Virus record (IMG/VR): IMGVR_UViG_3300032286_000547
Location: 1-64,000 of that record
Reading direction: 5' to 3' (one strand)
Length of the DNA: 64,000 nucleotides
From: a virus
Below the pieces are notes generated by a model. The model was not told the DNA's origin. It was given only the letters and a program-made list of their open reading frames with translations, and did no database searches. Of this stretch, positions 20,601-27,247 are shown in pieces. Both the position numbers and the translations under genes were made by a program. Numbering within the stretch: the first letter of the stretch is position 1; the number at the start of each line of letters is the position of its first letter.

Positions 20601-20782
20601 TAATCTATGTATGTGCACAAGAAAATTCAGTTACATCAGTTTGTAATCCAGGTAGTTCATTGTTAATTACAGGTGGAACAAGTTCTTGCACAAGCAATCT
20701 TGATTGTCAACCTACAACAACTAGTACAACAACAACGATTCCTCCAACAACAACTAGTACAACAACGCTAACTCCTCCTTAA
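14690..20782 (+). CDS. Tail stabilization / muzzle protein, N-terminal part, with ~520-aa Thr/Cys-rich C-terminal extension
   Basis: GLNMD, YALNA, IYWTDGLNPRR, GYLRDEVYAFEIV, FGGDTFISRF, YGGL..L, VDAKRG, HGVYDSKFDRV and WTISF...WVSFHTYIP are crAss-like muzzle motifs. Confidence 0.8.
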   Translation: MAEEKQQGNIRQEYNNATVGLNMDQSVNQIKPGTLTYALNAALENFDASSVNYQNEQGNEFCVSFPQGFTLIGNHFIAEQSKHIFFITNPNTGDCQIGYMDNNDCIYRILVNGRCLNFNINNPIQKTVHKITNCTTEIYWTDGLNPRRYLDINNVPYILSPQSELCDPVYTDQLDCNQLKIQPNFSIPFLNVVDVISGGELKAGTVQFAIQYCDAAGNAFTSYYSVTNPTPIADPFITTVNYDYTVGKSVVVDITGLDTTGQYQYYNLAVITTVNAITSVELVGTYFIENSYDQVTYTGQNVDNIRLVIADIFEKYPYYDIAQDLTAVQDVLVWDNLTSIDRLNYQSIATKIKLNWQTYRIPNNENYADELNATNLRGYLRDEVYAFEIVFLLKNGKQTDGFHIPGREIGYNDLQYPNVLDTDPDFIGEPEPGTNYSPYWKIYNTATVIGPATGDPIGNATPYQYGEMAYWESTEEYPCNEDLWGELAGKRIRHHKFPDVLVSPIFENPVYVYSGNQVVPVMQNNAVYPIGVRVDVGQISTLIAQSSLTAEQKDDIVAFKIVRGDRGTNKSIVAKGILRNVGSYERQNQTLYYPNYPYNDLNSDPFLNSFNNAFNQISSPWLVINSSGTDVTVEYKDPNTNQTGTRTVPPNTTIEFCSTSRPTVREGVATVGPGNFDSFFLSGCHGTKGYRAFWATPFTSDNTVLNQQEEYMDSNSNIFGGGCSTGRAIVNVGGSVGDDCDNPWWNPFKCDPRADIEDIEYQDIGVVNFNKSRRSKLNCKGQTPVPAFTGGTLNYRQIFNSPETSFGQPFLGNVLKLENVMFGAGRAHFVPVESNAKYKLLTKEAQYDALESSERLGAITSPFNAGAMFAAYQSYLTIYVNGITRKNYAYSFNSIASYDYFGNIDNSLGIKQRTIDFARYLIPGVQSVGEPGGINVNNFERESSVYIKTIEERDVAIPVTPLEFPSKTPSLVSGGTSIITDKSRFTIGSSGVCNSPGKEQNINVVSYYGSMKNIFVNQWGQIYSYNTIDTGFQRKINSGNTDIATVFGGDTFISRFTFKTKLPFFIDNRVNAPDDSDIFYDEIGNVAYPKFWHSARSILSDYTVQGQVMSNIISYKANYLDCPNYDPVTFAINAPSGSNRTFYDGYFYLFAYGIPNFYCETSYNLDLRQAFNNREGDFWPHVSTGIPDAWVQEDYVSIANDNTYTYNVTFSKQNKENTFTHLPPDWVEQFCYTNYPFRAIYSDSQNTDADNRVNSWLTYRALSYFDFPQNYGGLISLDGIQNKAVLARFENKSLLYNNLLTIDTSNPQAAYVGNPNMFRGAPPIDFAETDLGYVGSQNKFLLKIPQGQVTVDAKRGQIFLISGTQAVDISAFGSGMNRFFTDHLAFEILRYFPDVNIDNHFTGVGLHGVYDSKFDRVIFTKLDYIPIDKDVRYDSTLQQFYVEDVISGITFRTQVYLTDPDYFCNKSWTISFNFNTKSWVSFHTYIPNFYIAENNFFYSGLNGCCDDVSFSALVGNLIPPTSTTTSTTQAPPSTTTTTTLGLDCQLGGVAVTLLCNLAGTGIITVPSPSTTTTTTACARPAGLNLYGFYTGYQVGSNPAVISTGSLVDACAAISFTSSTITTLSGFSVMAENLLLGAFVYLGTGTDCTLVPDGWYFTPEGQTSGFAYQLVDGEVVQISYCNSNNTTTSTTTLVPNVPECCGIIFSEGDDISLLNNDGSFTPLSVPGYVNSYGIELSVDKLWSIDTQIVEWDVTLSPFSAVFNRNITLPVGFTTGSGISAINDTLLIAVDSSTSPQEVVELDITTTTATMSTVFTLQANRVALGNFLYTTSNKLLILNQDSVTSTYYLTQYDYATYAIDVDTDLGSIVPVSIFSCSCVTYVIDDLGDVYSVQSAPNYELTIVNNFNVIPNSSAQSNACIICSLTDNGNLLTTTTTTIAALYFCYTVQVNNTCDVSWIDVTGTTQTQTVSNNIIYVCAQENSVTSVCNPGSSLLITGGTSSCTSNLDCQPTTTSTTTTIPPTTTSTTTLTPP

Positions 20783-20794
20783 TAAGTTTAAACT

Positions 20795-21661
20795 ATGTCA
20801 AAGATCATAACAATAAAGTTAACTGTTTCTGGACCAAATGTTGGACCATTTAATATCAGCGATCAGTTTGGTAATGTTATTGCTGTGGGTGTATCTAAGA
20901 AAACATTGGTTAGAGGAATTAGCTACACTGTAAATGATAATGTTACTATTGTTGTAATTGAATCTACAGGAAAATGTAAGTTTAAAAAGAGTTATTCTCT
21001 AGCTACATTTGATATTATAGAATATGCCAATACAAGATATACTCAAACTATAACAGCTTGTATATGGAGACACTTAACTGATATAAGACTTTACAATACA
21101 TTCTATGGAGATATAGCACCTTACATTATTGAATATCCTTTTGCTTATGAATATCAAGATCAGATATTGCAGAACGTAAAAGACTATACTAAAGCATATG
21201 AGTATTATCCTATTGAAGATGGTGTGTTTAATGATAACACAAGAATAGAGACAAACGATAAATGGTTTAATAAAGCTGTCTTATATAACGGACAACAGAG
21301 TTCTGGTATACTTGAGCTTGTAGCTAAACCAATGCATAATATGAAAGCTTATATGCAATACCCTATATTCAATGCTGAGAGTAAAACCATCACTTACACT
21401 AAGAGTGATAACTTCTATCAGTACAATACATTCTGGGCATTAGAGAAAAGCTCTCAGGTTCCATTGTTTAATACAACATGTGAGAGTCTATCAATAGATA
21501 AAGTGGTGAATCAAGCTAATATGGATTATGGTCCTAGAAGTTTTAAGAAAGCAACGCTAAGAGCAAAAGAATTAAAAGTGAGACATATACTAGATAACAG
21601 ATCAACAACTCATCTAGTGTCTCAATTCATAATAACACCTGCACAAATATCATACAAGTAA
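20795..21661 (+). CDS. Probable C-terminal part of the muzzle protein fused to a GPFN module
   Basis: IWRH...YNTFYG...PYIIEY, FNKAVLYN.QQSSG and LRAK..KV resemble the muzzle C-terminus; the N-terminal 65 aa resemble 9492/10615. Confidence 0.55.
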   Translation: MSKIITIKLTVSGPNVGPFNISDQFGNVIAVGVSKKTLVRGISYTVNDNVTIVVIESTGKCKFKKSYSLATFDIIEYANTRYTQTITACIWRHLTDIRLYNTFYGDIAPYIIEYPFAYEYQDQILQNVKDYTKAYEYYPIEDGVFNDNTRIETNDKWFNKAVLYNGQQSSGILELVAKPMHNMKAYMQYPIFNAESKTITYTKSDNFYQYNTFWALEKSSQVPLFNTTCESLSIDKVVNQANMDYGPRSFKKATLRAKELKVRHILDNRSTTHLVSQFIITPAQISYK

Positions 21662-22425
21662 TGGCAAAAGGTTGGTTAGATAATTACGGTAAACAAGAGA
21701 ATTATAATAATTCTAAAACATCTATTCCTGAAGGATTTGTAGGTGAAGGATATAATACCAAAGGAAGAAACTATTCTCCTGCATGGGGTGGACAATTTCA
21801 AATGGGTGGTAAATTAAATTCTTCTATTCCAGTAATAGAGGATGCTGGAGGTTATAATGAAGAAGGTATTTGGGTTCCTGATTGGGAAACTATGACTGCA
21901 CAAGCTAAAAAGCTTGGATCAAAGAGAGTAAAAACTAGACATGGTAGTTTAATTGTCTTTAATGATAATTGGGAAGTAGTAGGTGTTGATGATAATCCTG
22001 ATGCAATGCAAATGGGTGGTTCTATTCCAGGAGCTGTAGGATTTACATACGCACGTACACAATCTCCTGCTCCTAGTAATGGGAAGTATGCAAAGAAGAC
22101 TAAAGCTAGTGCTAAAGATGGAGATGTGATTAAAGATGACATGGGACAATGGGCTCACCCAGGAGAGATAACAGAAATAGATTCTCCATATATAACAATG
22201 CAAGGTGTACCTTATCCTGTATTAGGTATATCAGATGCTGGAGATATGCAAATGATGTATCCTGATGAAGAATATGAATTCATTGGAGAGAAGGTAACTG
22301 AATATCCTATGGCTAAGAACGGATTAAGGCAAGAACAAAAAGGTTTGCAGAACTTAGATAATCTGACTAACTTTACAAACTATAACAAACCACAACCAGG
22401 AGGCTGGCTAAACAAATACAACTAA
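21661..22425 (+). CDS. Putative virion cargo protein
   Basis: ITMQGVPYPVLG...MMYP..EY.F.G..VTEYPMA domain, repeated QMGG/KDG/KNG motifs, and GWL..Y at both termini. Confidence 0.5.
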   Translation: MAKGWLDNYGKQENYNNSKTSIPEGFVGEGYNTKGRNYSPAWGGQFQMGGKLNSSIPVIEDAGGYNEEGIWVPDWETMTAQAKKLGSKRVKTRHGSLIVFNDNWEVVGVDDNPDAMQMGGSIPGAVGFTYARTQSPAPSNGKYAKKTKASAKDGDVIKDDMGQWAHPGEITEIDSPYITMQGVPYPVLGISDAGDMQMMYPDEEYEFIGEKVTEYPMAKNGLRQEQKGLQNLDNLTNFTNYNKPQPGGWLNKYN

Positions 22426-22426
22426 T

Positions 22427-25400
22427 ATGAAAGCAAAAATTTTAAAAATAGCAGGAGTTAAATCTGAAAAGGAGTTCTACAAGAAGTATCCTTCTGAAGA
22501 AGCATTTATGAAAGTTCATGGAAAAGCTTTTAAGAAAGCACAGATGGGAGCATACATAGGTGGTGATACTATTGCTGCTCCTAAGATGGTTAACTTTAAT
22601 AGCATGTATGATGACGCTGATTTAGAAGCTACTGGAATGACTGATGCTATGCGAAAAGCGCAAGCTGAAAAAGCTGCTGAAGCTGCTGCAGCTAAACAAA
22701 GTGGTGAAGGTGCTGGTGGTGGTGATGCTGGTGGAATGGGTGGTATGGACATGGATAGTATCATGAGTATGTTTGGTGGTGGTGAAGGCGGTGATGCTGG
22801 TGGTATTGCTGAGATAGCTAGTATGGCTGGTGGAAGAGATGGACTACATATTCCAAAAGCAGCTGGTGGAACTAATGTAAATAATTGGTGGGCTAGTATG
22901 ACTACTGATACTACTACAACAGCTGCACCAGTATTTGATATTAAGAAATGGGGCATTGGTGCTCAGACAATGGGTAAATTAGGAAACACACCTGCTCCTT
23001 CAAATAAAACTGTAGGAACTCCTGTAGATACAAGTAAAGAGAACTGGATGTTTAAAGATAATACTACTATTCCACAAGTAGGAGCTCCATCCACTCAAGG
23101 ACTTAGTGGTGGACCTATTGGTGAAGGACCAGATAATAATCTTTCAAGTAAGCTTGGAACATTTGGTAAAATGTTAGGACCTATAGGTGGAATCATTTCT
23201 GGAATAGATGCATTGAAAGCTGAACAAGAAGCAGCAAGACGTGCTCAACAAGCAAAAGAATTAAGTGGTTTACAATTAAAAGCTTCTACAACTAGACCTG
23301 AACAAAGAGAAAGAAAATATGTACGTCCTGAAGATGTAGTTAATACTGGTGAAGCATTCTTCCCTATATATGGTGTGGGTACAAACGTACTTGCTAAAGA
23401 TGGTAAATTTATTAAGAAGGCACAAGATGGTACAGTTGAAATTCCTGAAATAGATCCTACTCCTACAAATTGGTATGAAGAAGGAATGGATAAGGATACG
23501 TATTATGGTCTTAAGAAACAACTTGATGATGCTGGATATGAGTCTATAGAAAAACCAGAAGAAGTTAACATCAAAGAGATGCAGGAGATAACTGAATATC
23601 AACCAGATCCTAATCAGATGTCTGATGAGGATGCTGCTGCATTTATGGAAAGATACAATAGAGATCAAGGTAAATCAACAGAAACATTTGATTCTAATTC
23701 TGCTAGAGATACGTGGGTTCATAAAACTGGTCTTCCATGGAGCGATGCTAAGAGACTTGGTTATACAGATGGATCTGCAAGAGATAATACAAAGTTATTA
23801 AGTGAGTTAAAAGATCCTAGATTCAATAAAGAAAATCTAAGAACCTCTCCTCCTAAGAAAAGTTCTCAAGCACGTACACCTGTACAACATAGAGATACTC
23901 CAACAGGAAAACTTGCTCCTATTAAAAAAGCAATGACACTTGAAGATTTTTATAAGTCTAAAGGATATGATATGTCTAAAAGACCTAAAGGTCCAGAGTT
24001 TAAACAAGACACAAGAGGTAGTTATCAAAGAGAGCTAGATGCTAAAAGATCTCAAGCAGAGTATGATGATTACTTACTTGGTGAGCTTCCTTTATACTAT
24101 TTGGCTAATCCTAGTAAACTTGTTGGAGATATTAAGAATTGGTTAAATCCTAGTTTCACTACAGAAAGCGAAACTTCTGAACCATTCAGAAAACAAGTGA
24201 TGGCTAATAGATATAACAAGAGTATATCAGACAAAGAAAGAAGTGCTCGTCATAGACAAATGGGATATGGACTTGTTCCTGATGCTACACTTAATGCTGC
24301 TTCAGTATTAACTGCATCTCCTTATACAACATTTGAAGCAATGCCTATAGGTATTGGTCAAGGTGCTGGACCTAGAGTTGCAGGTTATGTTACTCAAGGA
24401 GCAAAAAGACTTGGACAAGCTGCTCCTAAAATGTTAGGTTATCGAGATGGAGGAATGATAGGAGGTAATCCTACAGAGATACAAAATACTTATGGTGATG
24501 GTAACTCTATATATGATGATCTTGGTTACACTCCATTAATAGATGAGAATCAACAAAAGAGTTTTAGACAAGGTGGTTATATTCCTAGAATGCAAGAGGG
24601 TGGTGAGACTGGATGGCAGAGATGGCAAAACTCAATGGCTGGTAAAGGAAAAGGATTCTCTGGGTCTACAGCTAATGGTGAAGGTGGTGGAACTGATTGG
24701 GGAGCTATATCAAATGTAGCTTCAGGATTAGGACAAGAAGCAATGGGTGGACAAAATGCTGGTGGAAGTATTGGTGGTACAATAGGTGGATCTATAGGAA
24801 GTATATTTGGTCCAGCAGGAGGAGCAATTGGAGGATTTGTTGGAACTCTTGCAGGAAACTATCTTGATCCATATCAAAGAAGAATGAAGAATGATATGGC
24901 TACTACTAGAAGAAATGTTCAGAATACAGCTATGAATCAAATGGCTCCAGCTATACAAGCTGGATATGCATCACATATGAAAGATGGTGGATGGGTATCT
25001 AACGATTGGCAACCACAAGTGATTGCATCATTTGGAGATGTTACATCAGAAGACTACCACAGATTTGCTCACAAAGATGAATTTAGAGCTGGTGGACATT
25101 TAAAAGCTTACACTCCTCCAAGTGCAAGAGCTATGAAAACTTATGAAGATGGTGGAGATGTTAAATCATATGGATTAGGTGGAGAGTTAGAAACACACTG
25201 GGGTGGTTATGCTGAACCTATGTCATACAATCCTTACCTTCCTGGTACAGGAGAAACAGTTATGTTTAGAGGTAAGAGTCACGAAGAGAGATCTCCTAAT
25301 GGAGAAACAGGTATTGGTGTTACTTATGGTGGTAATCCAGTAGAAGTTGAAAGAGGAGAACCTATGGTTGAATTAGAAGAAGGTGGTGTAGTAGATCCTG

Positions 25401-27136
25401 AAACAGGAGAAGTACAAAAGTCTGGTGTAGTATTTGGTAACTTAAAAATACCTAATCAATACATAGATCTATTAGGAGATAAAAGTGCTAAAGGTAAGAA
25501 GTTTAAAAACTATGTAGCTGATCTTTCTAAGATGGAAGAGAAGCAAAACAAGATGATAGCAAAATCTACAGAAGAGTTAAATGCATTAGACATTAACTCA
25601 AGTTTTGATAGATTAAAACTTTCTTCTCTACAAGCAAATATCAAAGGAGGTAATTTAAAACTTAAAGAGATTGCTGATAAGAAAATAAGTGCTGCTGGTT
25701 TACAGAACGCTATTAATGATACAGCAGAAGAATATGGACTTGTTGCTGATGATCTTGCAAGAGGTAAAGTTAAAGAAGATAAAGAAGCTATGAAAGAATA
25801 TGCTAAGTTTGGAAAGTCTATTCCAAAAGCACAAGGTGGTAAAAAAATACAATTTACTTCTAAAAAAGCAGCTCTCGATGCTGGATATGTTGAGGGTGCT
25901 GATGGTAAATATTATAAAATAATTCCTCCAGAGAAATCAGAACCAATTGAAACAAAGGTAGCTGAAGCTCAGAAAGAAATTCCTTTGCAACATAAAGATG
26001 CATATGGATTATATGGTGGTGCATCAGCAAAACTTGCGCAAGCTCAAAGAAATAATCCTTGGTTTGATTGGGCAGGTTTTAATCCTTCTAATTCAGCTGA
26101 TGTAAAACGTTTTCAATCTGCATTTAATCAAAGAGCTAAATCAATTGGATCAACTGCTGAACTTAAAGTTGATGGTTTATTTGGTGATCAAACTGCTAGT
26201 GCATTAATTGATGAGAAAAGAAAGGTACAACCATCTGTTGGTACAAGAGAAGAAGCAGAGATTTTAGAAGCACCTACCACTCCTATTCCATATAAGAGAA
26301 GTCCTTGGATTGATTTTGGAAATCAAGTGCTTGATTACATAAGACCTACAGATCAAGAAGAGTTAGATTATGATCAATTGATGGGTGAGATGTATGCTTT
26401 GTCTACTAATCAATTAGATCCTGTACAAGCTCAATTATACAAACCAGAGATTGGTGTTCCTTATGATATATCATATCAAGATCAATTGAATGAGAATCAA
26501 GCAGATTATAATGCAGCACAAAGAATAATGGGATACAACCCTGCAGCTTTAGCAAACTTGAATGCTCAGAAGTACCAAGCTAATAGTAAAGTGTTAGCTG
26601 AACAATTTAGAGCTAACCAAGCTATGAAAGATAAAGTGTATGGAGAGAATAGAAATATTCTTAATCAAGCTAAGCTTGCAAACTTAGGAATACTAGATAA
26701 GCAATACGAAAGACAATCTGAAGCTATGTCTAATACTAAAGCTACAACTCAGGCTGCTCTTAATTCTATCTCTGATAAATACGCTAAGAACAGACTTGAG
26801 AATAGAACTCTTGGTATCTATGAGAACTTATACAAATATAGATATGATGATAAAGGTAGAGCAATCAATATGAATGGATTGTTCCAACCAAATATTCCTA
26901 CAGTGGGTTCTACTTCAGCTACACAAAAACAAGTTCCTGTGTACGAAGCTGATGGTAAAACTATTAAGTATTATAAATTGGAACAGATGACTCCAGAAGA
27001 AATTGCTGCACAAGAACAAAACAATACTGGAGCAATTCCTTCTTTGGCCACTTTACCAATCAATGGTAATACTAAAACAAAAAGTAAAAAGGAATCTAGA
27101 AATGGTTCAATAGTAAAATCTATCAAAAATTTATAA
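22427..27136 (+). CDS. Large virion cargo/ejection protein with glycine-zipper helices and a peptidoglycan-binding motif
   Basis: Low-complexity 1569 aa; GGSIGGTIGGSIGSIFGPAGGAIGG zipper; G.SHE..G...VEVERGE domain; VKRFQ...LKVDGLFGDQT; located between muzzle and RNAP. Confidence 0.6.
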   Translation: MKAKILKIAGVKSEKEFYKKYPSEEAFMKVHGKAFKKAQMGAYIGGDTIAAPKMVNFNSMYDDADLEATGMTDAMRKAQAEKAAEAAAAKQSGEGAGGGDAGGMGGMDMDSIMSMFGGGEGGDAGGIAEIASMAGGRDGLHIPKAAGGTNVNNWWASMTTDTTTTAAPVFDIKKWGIGAQTMGKLGNTPAPSNKTVGTPVDTSKENWMFKDNTTIPQVGAPSTQGLSGGPIGEGPDNNLSSKLGTFGKMLGPIGGIISGIDALKAEQEAARRAQQAKELSGLQLKASTTRPEQRERKYVRPEDVVNTGEAFFPIYGVGTNVLAKDGKFIKKAQDGTVEIPEIDPTPTNWYEEGMDKDTYYGLKKQLDDAGYESIEKPEEVNIKEMQEITEYQPDPNQMSDEDAAAFMERYNRDQGKSTETFDSNSARDTWVHKTGLPWSDAKRLGYTDGSARDNTKLLSELKDPRFNKENLRTSPPKKSSQARTPVQHRDTPTGKLAPIKKAMTLEDFYKSKGYDMSKRPKGPEFKQDTRGSYQRELDAKRSQAEYDDYLLGELPLYYLANPSKLVGDIKNWLNPSFTTESETSEPFRKQVMANRYNKSISDKERSARHRQMGYGLVPDATLNAASVLTASPYTTFEAMPIGIGQGAGPRVAGYVTQGAKRLGQAAPKMLGYRDGGMIGGNPTEIQNTYGDGNSIYDDLGYTPLIDENQQKSFRQGGYIPRMQEGGETGWQRWQNSMAGKGKGFSGSTANGEGGGTDWGAISNVASGLGQEAMGGQNAGGSIGGTIGGSIGSIFGPAGGAIGGFVGTLAGNYLDPYQRRMKNDMATTRRNVQNTAMNQMAPAIQAGYASHMKDGGWVSNDWQPQVIASFGDVTSEDYHRFAHKDEFRAGGHLKAYTPPSARAMKTYEDGGDVKSYGLGGELETHWGGYAEPMSYNPYLPGTGETVMFRGKSHEERSPNGETGIGVTYGGNPVEVERGEPMVELEEGGVVDPETGEVQKSGVVFGNLKIPNQYIDLLGDKSAKGKKFKNYVADLSKMEEKQNKMIAKSTEELNALDINSSFDRLKLSSLQANIKGGNLKLKEIADKKISAAGLQNAINDTAEEYGLVADDLARGKVKEDKEAMKEYAKFGKSIPKAQGGKKIQFTSKKAALDAGYVEGADGKYYKIIPPEKSEPIETKVAEAQKEIPLQHKDAYGLYGGASAKLAQAQRNNPWFDWAGFNPSNSADVKRFQSAFNQRAKSIGSTAELKVDGLFGDQTASALIDEKRKVQPSVGTREEAEILEAPTTPIPYKRSPWIDFGNQVLDYIRPTDQEELDYDQLMGEMYALSTNQLDPVQAQLYKPEIGVPYDISYQDQLNENQADYNAAQRIMGYNPAALANLNAQKYQANSKVLAEQFRANQAMKDKVYGENRNILNQAKLANLGILDKQYERQSEAMSNTKATTQAALNSISDKYAKNRLENRTLGIYENLYKYRYDDKGRAINMNGLFQPNIPTVGSTSATQKQVPVYEADGKTIKYYKLEQMTPEEIAAQEQNNTGAIPSLATLPINGNTKTKSKKESRNGSIVKSIKNL

Positions 27137-27208
27137 CTAATTTAATTATAAAGAATTAACAGAATTCATTATTAATTTTGGTAGTTCTAATAATTCATAT
27201 TACATTTG
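27130..27208 (+). promoter_or_regulatory. Palindrome plus consensus Bacteroidota promoter
   Basis: TTTATAACTA-ATT-TAATTATAAA (27130-27152); TTTG 27177-27180; 20-nt spacer; TACATTTG 27201-27208. Confidence 0.75.
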
Positions 27209-27247
27209 CTAACCTACATGTAACAACATGTTTTAAAAGAAAAACAT

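Noticed and set aside
20780-20797. Readthrough joining 14690 and 20795
   Set aside because: Same frame, but three TAA codons intervene.
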